Virus record (IMG/VR): IMGVR_UViG_3300042549_008472
Coordinates: 15,495-79,494 of that record
Reading direction: 5' to 3' (one strand)
From: a virus
DNA: 64,000 bases
In this document: positions 11,376 through 21,715 of the stretch, piece by piece
Numbering within the stretch: position 1 is the stretch's first letter
How the letters are laid out: each line of letters opens with the position of its first letter
The notes under the pieces: model-generated
Told to the model about the DNA's origin: nothing
Database searches by the model: none
The model's input: the letters and a program-made list of their open reading frames with translations, nothing else
Program-made: the position numbers and the translations under genes

Positions 11376-13654
11376 TGAGTTGTCAAATTAAAAACGGTCA
11401 ATATTTTGCACCAAATGAAAATCCATCAATCCTATATAAAGAACTTTCTCAACAAGTAGGAGAAGAGAAAGCAGGGGAGTTATTTGTGTATGCTTATTCA
11501 AATGAGTTTACAAATTCATATTTAGTACCTCTAAAAAGTAGCTACAAGTCAAAAGTATTTCAAGCTTTAGATGCCACAAGAAGCTATAATGGAGAAGCTA
11601 AGTACAAAACTTTAGAAGTTAATGGTTTTAGAACACTCCAAATGTTTCAAGACGGTAAAATGCTTGGATATATAAGAATGAAGCCTTTTAAAGACGGTAT
11701 GCAAATTGAGAGAGTAAATCTTTCGGCGGGAACAAAAAAAGGACAAGTAATAGGTAAAGAACTTTACATTAGAGCTATTAAGGACACTCTAAGAAGAGAT
11801 GTACCACTATACTCAGATAATGCTCAAACGCAAGATGCTTTAAGAGTGTGGGAAAGTTTAAGTGATAGTGGGGTTGTAACTAAGGAAGGAGTTAATTTTA
11901 AAGTTAATAATCTACCTCAATCACATTTTGACAGTAACGGAGAGATAAAAGCTTCCAAATTAATTCAAAGAGTCGGCGAAGAAAATAAAACAGAAGAGTC
12001 TCTATCATTTGTAGAACAATTACAAGTTAGAGATATGATGATACAATTTCCCGAAGTAGAAAACTCCACAGAACTTTACAACCAACTAGAAAAAGCTTTT
12101 TACACAGAGGGTATGTTCTTTCCAACACAAGATAGTCTAAAAGACATTTACAATGAATATGAAATAGAAGTAATTCTTAGTGACACTTCTTTACAAGGAA
12201 GAATAAAAAGTGCCATAGATAAGCTTAGAAACACTTCTGAAATAAATAACAACTCTTACGACATAGAATATTTAGACACCCTAAATGAACTTAATATTTT
12301 CGGTAAAAGTAATGTCAATAATCCTCTAAGATTCCAGAGTGATTTGATTCAAGATTTTGCAGGAACAGAAAATTTAGAAGAAACACTTCTAACGGTAGAA
12401 TCAACAAGTTTTCAAAAGAAAGATAAAGAACCTATAATAGAAGAATTAAACAGATATGTAAGAATCCCTCAAATAGATGAACAAGGTAACACTATCTTAA
12501 ATGAACCTTTTTATCCTGAATTTTTTAAAGAGTTTACAGATATGTCTGTAATTAGAGCTTTGGACACATTAATTCAAATGCCCTCAGATTTAGCAAACAC
12601 AGAACAAGCAAAAGAAGTTATGCAAGGAGTTGAAGAAAGTCTTTTGGAGATAGGATTGGACATTAGAGGATTTAACGAATTTGAAAACTATCAAAGTATT
12701 TTACCAAGTTTACAAGATTTTCTTATTAATGAGAATGTAGAACCGTTTAAAGCTCAATATTTAGAGTTTAAATCGGCGGAACAAACAATAAAAGAAGTGC
12801 CTACCATAATTGAAAACAAAGAAAGAAATTACAAATATTTAGAAACTGAATTAAGTGAACAAGAGCTATTTGACAATTTAAACCTAGTCCAAACAGCAGT
12901 TCCTAATGTCTACCACAAAGTAAATAAAATAGATTTTGAAGAACTTAAAACCATTATAGAGGCAGAAGACACTATTTCAGAAATAGATGCATATAAAGAG
13001 TATTTTGGATATCCAAGAGAAGTTCAATATCCTCAAAGAGAAGTTTTATCAGAAAGTTTTACAGGAGTAAGTTCAGATTTTATTTCTGATTTTTATGTAG
13101 AAATTTTAAAAGCAGAAGAGGGAGATTTTTACAGTAATTTCAAAGTAACAGAAAAAGGGATTGAATTAATTAGTGATGACATTCTAACAATTGGAAAAGT
13201 TAAAGCTTATATTAAAGATGGTGTTAAGCTTGGAAGAGAATTAGAGCAATACAGCTTACTTAGTAAATCAATGCCAAATTTAATTGACAAAGCAGAATTT
13301 ACAGTTGAAGATAAGATATCTCAAAGAATTTCCGCCGTAAACAATAAAAGAACAGTAGAAAAACCTAACAACATACTAACTACCATAAACAATAACATGG
13401 TAACAGTAAAAAACACTCAACAACCATATATAAAAATAGGAGAAGATATCTATGAAGCTCAACAAGTAATAGGAGAAGATACTTACTATTTAAAAGTTTA
13501 TTCAGAAGCTAACTCTACCTTCAATGATTTTAATCCATCAGTTTTTACAGCAGTTCCTTTAAAAGACTTTCTAAATAAGAATATTTCCAACGACACAAAA
13601 ATTAAAAAATCGTGGAAAAAAGAAACTGTGGGTGATATGTTCGATTGTATTTAA
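11375..13654 (+). CDS. Large protein with N-terminal GNAT-like domain (759 aa)
   Basis: KGQVIGKELY...LYSD..QT.DA.RVWESL resembles GNAT acetyl-CoA-binding motifs found in phage polyvalent proteins. Confidence 0.45.
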   Translation: MSCQIKNGQYFAPNENPSILYKELSQQVGEEKAGELFVYAYSNEFTNSYLVPLKSSYKSKVFQALDATRSYNGEAKYKTLEVNGFRTLQMFQDGKMLGYIRMKPFKDGMQIERVNLSAGTKKGQVIGKELYIRAIKDTLRRDVPLYSDNAQTQDALRVWESLSDSGVVTKEGVNFKVNNLPQSHFDSNGEIKASKLIQRVGEENKTEESLSFVEQLQVRDMMIQFPEVENSTELYNQLEKAFYTEGMFFPTQDSLKDIYNEYEIEVILSDTSLQGRIKSAIDKLRNTSEINNNSYDIEYLDTLNELNIFGKSNVNNPLRFQSDLIQDFAGTENLEETLLTVESTSFQKKDKEPIIEELNRYVRIPQIDEQGNTILNEPFYPEFFKEFTDMSVIRALDTLIQMPSDLANTEQAKEVMQGVEESLLEIGLDIRGFNEFENYQSILPSLQDFLINENVEPFKAQYLEFKSAEQTIKEVPTIIENKERNYKYLETELSEQELFDNLNLVQTAVPNVYHKVNKIDFEELKTIIEAEDTISEIDAYKEYFGYPREVQYPQREVLSESFTGVSSDFISDFYVEILKAEEGDFYSNFKVTEKGIELISDDILTIGKVKAYIKDGVKLGRELEQYSLLSKSMPNLIDKAEFTVEDKISQRISAVNNKRTVEKPNNILTTINNNMVTVKNTQQPYIKIGEDIYEAQQVIGEDTYYLKVYSEANSTFNDFNPSVFTAVPLKDFLNKNISNDTKIKKSWKKETVGDMFDCI

Positions 13655-13669
13655 GAAAAATTAATAATG

Positions 13670-13700
13670 TTGTATAAATAAAATAAAAACACTATATTTG
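13670..13700 (+). promoter_or_regulatory. Bacteroidota-type promoter
   Basis: TTGTAT...TATATTTG upstream of 13751. Confidence 0.6.
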
Positions 13701-13750
13701 TAACCTCGTTCAACTTTTGGGCGGGGTTTTAATTTTAAAAGATAAAACAC

Positions 13751-16700
13751 ATGGCGTGTAAAGTAGAATTTACAAAAGACGGTAAAATAAGAGGAGTTTT
13801 AAACTCAGAAAATAAACCCTCAACACTATTTAAACAAATTGTATCAACTCCAACTATAACAGTGGAGCAAGCAATTGATGCATTTAAAAATACGGTTAAA
13901 AAGCAAGTAGTAGTAGAACAAAAAGCCATAGAACCAAACCTAACATTTGAAACTCCACAAGGAGAAGAGTTCACCACTTATAAAGAAGCACTAAAAAACA
14001 CTAAAGAAGGAAACATTAAACTACAAGTCGATGGTAAAACTATTGCAGAGGTAGACTCAACAGTAGATTTAAGAACGGCGGAAGGCACAATCAACAGTTT
14101 AATAAAAGAAGGACTACTATCAGGAGAAAGAGTTTTAGAACCTAATGGAGATTTAGTTTACATTACAGAAGGACAAACCGAAATTAAAAAAGCAGTTAAT
14201 TCTGTATTTATAGAAGACGAAGCTATTAAAACCTTTGGACAAACAAGAGTTAAAAGACTTTCTAATTATAACTTCATTTTTGACGATTTAGTTAATAAAA
14301 GAAGAATTGGAGATACCACCTATACAAAGCAAGAGGTAAAGGAAATGTCCATAGAAGAAGTAAGAGAAAAATTCCCCCAAGAAGAAGCAGATGCTCTTAC
14401 GGTTGAAAAAATATTTATAGAGAATTACAGAGCTTTTGGCGAGACTAAAGTTTTAGAGGAAGTTCAAGAGTACACACCTGAGAATGAGTTGCAACTGTCT
14501 CTAATGGATTTGCTTAACAAACTTGGCATCAAAACAACTTCAATAACTTCTTACATGGAAGTGTTCACAGCTAAAAATGGCGTAGCACCATCAGCAAGAG
14601 CTTTAGCAGATATTGCCGAAAAAGTAATAGCTTTTGAAAATGGGGAAATAACAGCGGACACTTTAACAGAAGAGGTAGCTCACTTTATAGTGGAAGCTTT
14701 TGACATTAATGAAGTAGAGAATCTATTGAGAAATATTCATAAAACACCTCAATATACGCAATATGCAGAGACTTATAGAGAAATCTATGCAGATGAATAT
14801 AGTGGAGCAGAATTAGAAAACGCTGTAAGAAGAGAAGTTTTAGGTAAGATTTTAGCGGAGTCTTTACAAGCTAATTTTGAAGCAAGCCAAGTTAAAGTAG
14901 AAGAAAACTTTCTAAATTATTTGAAGAACTTGGTTAACAAATTTTTCGAAACGGTAAGAGCGTACTTTAAGCCACAATATCAAAAGGATTTAAATAAATT
15001 TCAAGACCAAATATTTAAAAACTTATTGGCAGGGGATTTAATGGACAGTTTAAATCCTGAACAACTAGAAGGGAATAAATTTAGACTATACAACACTGAC
15101 CCAAAAGACAGAACAGCTTTAGACTTACTTGGCAGAAGAGCTGAGCGAGCAGAATTATTATTGTCTTCACAATTGTATCAAATACAACCAAAAGATGCCG
15201 TTCAGAAGCAAGTTTTAGTTAAGCTTAGAGAAGATATTGCAAAAGAAGAATTTATAGGAGCTTATGCGGGAATTATTTCAATGACTCAAAGACAAACAAA
15301 ATACTTACAGAGAGCCGCCGAAAAGAATAAGAACAAGAATTATATGTTTTCAGCAGAGGAAAAGATTGTCTATAATTCTCTAATTGGAGAGATGAGTAAA
15401 CTACTAGGAGAAGTAAGAACAAGTTTAGTAGATTCAACAATAATTGAACCTTTAAAAAGAGACTTTATGATTTCTGAGTTGGAGAGAGTGACTAAACAAA
15501 TTGCCGATTTACAAGGTCAAGTAGGAAACATTGAGTCAAATGCAATGCAAAACATTGTAGATAAAATGGCAACAAGACTAGGTTTAGCAGATGCACAAAA
15601 AGTAAAACTACTAGCAGATTTACAAGGTAATCAGAAAGAGACCAACTTCTTACACACTTACTTTGGGCAGTTAATACATGCTCAAAATGCTTATTTAAAT
15701 GTTGCGGGAGAAATAACAGCAAAAACAGTAACAGAAGCTAGATTAGGATATTTGAGTAATGTAAAACCGTTCTTAAACACTTTAGAAAGATTAGGTATAG
15801 ATACTACTCAGCTAAAAAACTTGGCAAAAGGAAGTTACATAGAAAACATTCACAATAGAACATTACTAGAAGAAGCGGAAAACAAAGAAGCAACTAGAAT
15901 TTACAACAGTCTAGCTGAACCAACTGACGCCGTTACAGAGGATGAGTATAAAAGAAAGTTTAGTGATGGAACTCTTAAACCTTTGGATGCTATAAGTGCA
16001 AATGAATTTAGTAAACAGATGAGAACTTGGAGAGAAGAAAATGTATCTGAAACCATGTTTACTTCTGAAGAGACAAAATTAAGAAGAGAGAAATTACAAA
16101 AGTACAACCCTCTAACGCAAAGTTTTGAAAGAACAATGTCTTCAGCTTATGCAGATATAATGAAAAATGCCGAAGTAGTCAATGGAGTTCCTTTAATGAC
16201 TACCGAGATGAAAGATGACATTGAAGAGCAAAGAAAGAATAGAACAGAAGCTAAATCTATATTTGATTCAGGAGGAAACTTTAGAAAAGGCTTGACTACA
16301 ATTTCTTTGGAAGAGTTTGATGAGGCAAATACAGACCACGTAAAAGTAGGTAATCTTTACATAGCAAGAAACTCAGATATTGAAAATGACGGTATTTTAG
16401 CATTTGAGTTAAACCAAATTGACAATGAAAAATTATTAACGTCTAAGGAAAAAAGTACAGACAGAAGTGTTTTCTCTGACTCTTTCAAAGAGATGTTGAG
16501 TAATATGAGTAATGCAGATGCCTATGACTTTGTGGCTTTAAACTCTTACATTGGGTACACTAACGAATACTATGAGTTAACAAAAAGCCCCGAAACTCTA
16601 ATTGACAAGTTAAGAACGGCAAAAGAGGATAAACCAGAAGAAGCGGATAAAATTGAAGCAATAATTAGAGAAATAGCTCTTTACAACGCTAAAATTAACA

Positions 16701-19498
16701 ACATCCTTTCCGCCAATAAAGTTATGAATAATTCCTCAGAGGTAAACTTTGAGAGAATGTCTAAACAAAAAGGTGGAGAAGTAGATGCTGTAATGCAATA
16801 CTCTGAACTATTACAAAAAGCATTTCAAGATGCCTATCAATATTTAGAAAAAGGAGAAAAACAAGATTTTGAAAATACAACTTCAATTACAATTCCTAAT
16901 AAAGCTTTTGGAAATTATATTTTTGACAAAGTTAACGAAGCTAGAATAGACCCTAATTTTCTAATGTTAGAGGAGAACGAAGAAACGTTATTTAAGGTAT
17001 TGGATGTAGTTAGAAGTCATGCCACAACAAGTGATAAAGATAAAATTGATAGAGCTAAGTTTCTAAGAGCTGATATTGTCAAAGGGAAATATAATAAAAT
17101 CTCAAAATCAATGGCTAACATCTTTAAGTCAGACTATGCTTCAATGACCGAGGAACAAGCAAGACAGCAAGCCAATAAAGAACTTATAGAATATGCCTAC
17201 TCTAAATTACTTCCCTACTTTAAAAAGACAGCACCAATTGGAGTAGATTTAATTTTAAGTCTGTTTGAAGCAGGAGAAATTACAGCTCAAGAGTTTATAG
17301 ATAATTATGAAAAAGGAGAAGGGGATTATAAATATTTAAATATAAGTCCTAACTACAACTTTCAAGAAGTTTCTAATCAGAACAACTTAAATCAGAAATT
17401 CAAGCTTAACAAAGAGTTTGACCTCCCACAGTTAAGAGTGTTTAATGAAGATGGTTCAATAAATAAGTTTGTAGATATGGAGTATGTTAATAAATATGGT
17501 ATTGACTTACAACAGTTACAATCGACAGGAGTTGAAGTGGCAACAAAAAATCTTAAGGACTTTGAAGCTAGAAAAGCACTACTTGATTTACAAAGGAATT
17601 CAATAGAAACGGCGGGAATGAAAGGTTCTCACGATATATATTTACTCCCACAACAAGAGATGACAAAAGCTCGAAAAGTACAAGAGTTTTTTAATAACAA
17701 TAAAGGTAAAGGATTAAAAGGTATAGTTGAAGAATTCGTAAATTTTAGAGAGGACGATTCTGACCTAGGACAAACCATCGACGGTAAACCTATTATAAAA
17801 GGATTTGGAGCAAACACAGTCCCTAAATACGGTTTTAGAAGATTAAGAGAATCTCAACCAACAGATGAGCTTTTAATGTCTTATACTTGGATGAATCAGC
17901 AGGCTCATTTAACCAGAGCCAGAATGGAGAATATCGGAGATATGTTAGCTTTGAAAGACACTATTTTAAAGGCGGATTTCGCAAATAAAGAAGCATCTAA
18001 AACTAACACCTTTAAGATGTTTGAAGAAAATTTGAAGTATAACTACTATGGTATCAAAGAAACAGGTGCAAAGGAATTTCAGTTTATGGGTATCAAAGGA
18101 GATTGGGCTAAAGTAGCAAGAACTTTTGCAAATTGGATTAGTATTCGTAACTTAGGATTTAACGCCACCATTCCAATAACTTCCGCTTTGACAGCAAGTG
18201 CTCAATTAAGAATTGAAACCTTAATTGGAGAGAGATTAGATAGAGGAGCTAAAGTAAAAGCTGATAGAGAATACAGCAAATTAGCTTCAGAAGCTATGGG
18301 AGAGATTATGGGCATAAATTCAAAAGCTAAATTGAATGTAATAGGGGAGCTTTTAGGAATCTATAATAATGCAGAGAGATTGGAGAGTAGTAACTATGGT
18401 AAGACTACAAGAGGTTTACTAAGGTCTTCTTTTATTTTACATGAGGCAGGAAACTTCCCAATTATCCCAAGAGTATTCCTAACAGTTTTATTTGACCATA
18501 AGTTTGTAGAAGATAGACTTATAGATTTTAGAACTTTTAAGATAGAAAATAAAGGTAGAAACGCAGGAGAACTTAGAAGAGAGTGGGACAGTTTTACCTC
18601 ATTCTATGAGATAATGGACGTAAAAGATGGGTTAGTCACTTTCAATGAACAGAAAGTAAGTGATTTAACGGGATTGTCAGAAGAAGAAACTAAGGAGTTT
18701 TTAAAAGACCGTTTAGTAGGACTTACTCAAAAGGTAGGATTAGCAGTTCAAGATATTGACCAAGCTATTTCACCTGAACAGAAAAGTTATGTGGCAAGAC
18801 ACGCATTACTTTCATTTTTTGGAATCCACCGAAGTTGGTTATTTTTAGCGGCACAAAGAAAATTCAAATCAAAACACAGTTCTTTAGCATCAGGATTTTC
18901 AGAGGAGGGTTCTTGGATGACAGTTGCAAGAGTTATTGGGGATATCGCCGCCGACTATAAAAATGGAAAAGCACGAGAGTTTATAAAATATTTAAAAGAA
19001 AAATGGCAAAATGCAGATGATACTTCAAGAAGAAACTTAATTAGAGGAGCAACCGAAATAACAATATTAAACCTACTAGTTGGAATGACAGTTTTAGCTT
19101 TAAAGGAATTAGGAGACGACGACGAAGATTCTTACTTATTTAAATTGTCGAGTTTATTCCTTATGAGAACAACGAATGAAATATCTTCCGCAACAGTATC
19201 TCTTCCTAAGAGTATTTATGACACTTTGGAAAACACAATCGTAGGACTTAACAGTTTACAAGTAGTGACAGACGTTCTAGATGTAGGTTCTTCGGATTTA
19301 GTTGAGAGAGGTATTTATGCGGGCAAAACAGAAAGAGAAAGGTATTTTTTAAAACACTTGCCAATTTGGAAAGAGTATAATGCTTTGGGCTCAGGAATAG
19401 ATGGAACAATTAAAAACTACAACTATTTTAACTTCACAGAAGATGGAGGTAGTCTTAAATGGACTATAAAAAGTTTCCTAGAAGACGAAAAAGAATAA
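13751..19498 (+). CDS. Giant putative virion/polyvalent protein with zincin-like motif (1915 aa)
   Basis: DTLTEEVAHF...REVLG zincin-like (E-E-x-x-H) motif; hydrophobic C-terminal helices. Confidence 0.5.
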   Translation: MACKVEFTKDGKIRGVLNSENKPSTLFKQIVSTPTITVEQAIDAFKNTVKKQVVVEQKAIEPNLTFETPQGEEFTTYKEALKNTKEGNIKLQVDGKTIAEVDSTVDLRTAEGTINSLIKEGLLSGERVLEPNGDLVYITEGQTEIKKAVNSVFIEDEAIKTFGQTRVKRLSNYNFIFDDLVNKRRIGDTTYTKQEVKEMSIEEVREKFPQEEADALTVEKIFIENYRAFGETKVLEEVQEYTPENELQLSLMDLLNKLGIKTTSITSYMEVFTAKNGVAPSARALADIAEKVIAFENGEITADTLTEEVAHFIVEAFDINEVENLLRNIHKTPQYTQYAETYREIYADEYSGAELENAVRREVLGKILAESLQANFEASQVKVEENFLNYLKNLVNKFFETVRAYFKPQYQKDLNKFQDQIFKNLLAGDLMDSLNPEQLEGNKFRLYNTDPKDRTALDLLGRRAERAELLLSSQLYQIQPKDAVQKQVLVKLREDIAKEEFIGAYAGIISMTQRQTKYLQRAAEKNKNKNYMFSAEEKIVYNSLIGEMSKLLGEVRTSLVDSTIIEPLKRDFMISELERVTKQIADLQGQVGNIESNAMQNIVDKMATRLGLADAQKVKLLADLQGNQKETNFLHTYFGQLIHAQNAYLNVAGEITAKTVTEARLGYLSNVKPFLNTLERLGIDTTQLKNLAKGSYIENIHNRTLLEEAENKEATRIYNSLAEPTDAVTEDEYKRKFSDGTLKPLDAISANEFSKQMRTWREENVSETMFTSEETKLRREKLQKYNPLTQSFERTMSSAYADIMKNAEVVNGVPLMTTEMKDDIEEQRKNRTEAKSIFDSGGNFRKGLTTISLEEFDEANTDHVKVGNLYIARNSDIENDGILAFELNQIDNEKLLTSKEKSTDRSVFSDSFKEMLSNMSNADAYDFVALNSYIGYTNEYYELTKSPETLIDKLRTAKEDKPEEADKIEAIIREIALYNAKINNILSANKVMNNSSEVNFERMSKQKGGEVDAVMQYSELLQKAFQDAYQYLEKGEKQDFENTTSITIPNKAFGNYIFDKVNEARIDPNFLMLEENEETLFKVLDVVRSHATTSDKDKIDRAKFLRADIVKGKYNKISKSMANIFKSDYASMTEEQARQQANKELIEYAYSKLLPYFKKTAPIGVDLILSLFEAGEITAQEFIDNYEKGEGDYKYLNISPNYNFQEVSNQNNLNQKFKLNKEFDLPQLRVFNEDGSINKFVDMEYVNKYGIDLQQLQSTGVEVATKNLKDFEARKALLDLQRNSIETAGMKGSHDIYLLPQQEMTKARKVQEFFNNNKGKGLKGIVEEFVNFREDDSDLGQTIDGKPIIKGFGANTVPKYGFRRLRESQPTDELLMSYTWMNQQAHLTRARMENIGDMLALKDTILKADFANKEASKTNTFKMFEENLKYNYYGIKETGAKEFQFMGIKGDWAKVARTFANWISIRNLGFNATIPITSALTASAQLRIETLIGERLDRGAKVKADREYSKLASEAMGEIMGINSKAKLNVIGELLGIYNNAERLESSNYGKTTRGLLRSSFILHEAGNFPIIPRVFLTVLFDHKFVEDRLIDFRTFKIENKGRNAGELRREWDSFTSFYEIMDVKDGLVTFNEQKVSDLTGLSEEETKEFLKDRLVGLTQKVGLAVQDIDQAISPEQKSYVARHALLSFFGIHRSWLFLAAQRKFKSKHSSLASGFSEEGSWMTVARVIGDIAADYKNGKAREFIKYLKEKWQNADDTSRRNLIRGATEITILNLLVGMTVLALKELGDDDEDSYLFKLSSLFLMRTTNEISSATVSLPKSIYDTLENTIVGLNSLQVVTDVLDVGSSDLVERGIYAGKTERERYFLKHLPIWKEYNALGSGIDGTIKNYNYFNFTEDGGSLKWTIKSFLEDEKE

Positions 19499-19504
19499 AA
19501 CTTC

Positions 19505-19537
19505 ATCCCTCACCTTAAAAAAGTGGGGGATTTTTTT
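19505..19537 (+). terminator. Rho-independent terminator ending the giant-gene cluster
   Basis: ATCCCTCAC/GTGGGGGAT stem followed by a T tract. Confidence 0.75.
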
Positions 19538-19565
19538 GCGTATTAAATAAATAGTTGTATATTTG
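19536..19565 (+). promoter_or_regulatory. Bacteroidota-type promoter
   Basis: TTGCG...TATATTTG upstream of the small-gene/polymerase operon. Confidence 0.65.
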
Positions 19566-19595
19566 TCAAACAAATAAAATTTAAAGCAATAGCAC

Positions 19596-21503
19596 ATGGA
19601 AGGAACAATAATCAAACAAGGTAACAGACAGTTCGTAAGAGTAAAATTTTCAATAGATGAAGACGACATTCATTTCAAAAATTACCCAACCCCAACAACA
19701 GAACATCAGTTTGATGAGGGTGACGAAGTAGAATTTGAAGTAGAAGAAGAAAGTTATGTTTATGATGATGGTTCGGAAGAAAAAATTAAGTGGGCAATAA
19801 ATGTAACTCTAAAGTTTACACCACCTTTCAAAGTAGAGGGAAAATTAGTCTTAGATTCTAAAGGAGTAGAAGTTGCTAAACTGAAAGCAGAGGAGTCTGC
19901 CATAGCCTATGCTACATTTCTTAACGATATTTGCGAAATATAACTATTAAAATAGCGGGAAAAAGAATGAAACACAAGAAAGTGTTAAAATTAACAGAAG
20001 AAATATCCAACAGTAACCCAATAATGTATGATATATTTCTAAGAGGCTCTTGTTGCAACTTCCACTATATATTAAAAACAGTGTTTCCAAAAGCAAAAGC
20101 CTATTTTAATTTAGAGCACATAATAACAAAAATAGAGGGTAAATACTATGACATCACAGGAGAAGTTTCCTCAGAAGGGTATATTCCAATTGAAGAAATG
20201 TATGTTGGTAAATATAAAGACGATGAAAGTATAAAAGCAGGAGAAATGTATAATCCCAATTTAAAAACGAGATATGAGAGTACTTAAAATAAATAGTTTA
20301 AAATCAGTAAAAGAACAACCTTGGTGTGACCGCGACTACTTACTTTTCCACGCTTGTTTCCAAATATTAGTTGATTGGGTAGAACAAGAAGAGGGAATAG
20401 AAAATTGGAGATTTGAAGAATATCAAACACCTATAAACACTTTAAAAAGTTTATATGATTGGTGGAAATCTTTGGATGAAGAATACGATTTAGCAGAAGA
20501 TTCAGCTCAAGAAAAATTAGAACAATTAGTTAAGTTAAGAAGGTATCTGTGGACTTAATTTCGCGGAAAAATAAATAAAAGATGGACAGAAAATTAGAAA
20601 GAACAGTAGACGAAATTAGATGGGGAATTGATGCACTAGTAGCAGAAATAGAAGCATTAGAAAGTCAAGTAAGTGAACTACAAGATTTAGTTGAAAAACA
20701 GCAAGAACAAATTGAAAGTTTAGAGGAAGAATATTCTAAATTAGCGGATAAATTGGAGACTTTAACAGAACAGATAAAATGACAGACCTAAAAAGATTAC
20801 ATGATGTACATTACAGCTACCCATACACAGTAAGAAGACAAGGTAAAACATACTATTGCTTTGACAAACTATTAAGGATAGCTCAACTAGGAGAAGTTAA
20901 AGAGCAAGTTTATGTAACTAATACACAACAAGCCACAGCTAGAGCACACAAAGATTTTATAAGGTTTTTGTTTGATGCTGATGAAGGTTTTAGCTCCGAC
21001 ATTAGAGATTTAACAGTTTCTATAGGAGATTGTAAAATTAAATTCATATCTTTGGCGGGGAAAGAAAAATTAAAAGGAAGCTATGACGCTATAGTAGAAG
21101 ATGTATACGAAGACAGATGAAACTTTTAAAGTTTTGTAGATATAGCGAGAGAAAAAAAATAAAAAGGTTTAAATAAATGAAAGAATATATATTATGTGCC
21201 GCCGTTTGGTATAAAGAGTTTCCACATATAAAAAATCAAGATATACCGTTAAAATCATTCTTACCGAATAATTTAAGTAGTGGTGTTGTATTCTGTGGGC
21301 ATCGTCACGGACAATGTATTTACTCAAAATGTGCAGTTACAGGATTAAGAGACGCAGAGAGTGGAGAACACGTTCAAGGATTTCTAACAAACTTAAATCG
21401 TTTTGTAAATAGGCAAGAAGCTTGGGACATAGCTAAAGAAGTTAATCAAATAATTCGAGTTAGTGGTGGTGAGGGTACATTATATTCAGAGGACTTGTAT
21501 TAA
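19596..21503 (+). CDS. Six small hypothetical genes (19596-19943, 19931-20287, 20274-20558, 20582-20782, 20779-21120, 21177-21503)
   Basis: Tightly packed co-directional ORFs. Confidence 0.6.
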
Positions 21504-21529
21504 AAATTCGCCGCAAAAAACAGTAAAAA

Positions 21530-21715
21530 ATGAGATATATTCACTACAAAAACGGAAAAATATATAAAACAATAAAAAATTGTTTTGACGAGGAACGAGT
21601 CTTTATCCAAGAAAACCAAGAGTGGAAAGAGGGAATAATCTACACAGAAGAAGGTGGAGATAAGTTGTTTGTTAGAAGTTTGGAAGAATTTAATTTGAAA
21701 TTTAGGGAGGTATGA
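21530..21715 (+). CDS. DUF1653-like small protein
   Basis: Y.HYK.G..Y...LFVR.LEEF..KF pattern. Confidence 0.55.
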   Translation: MRYIHYKNGKIYKTIKNCFDEERVFIQENQEWKEGIIYTEEGGDKLFVRSLEEFNLKFREV

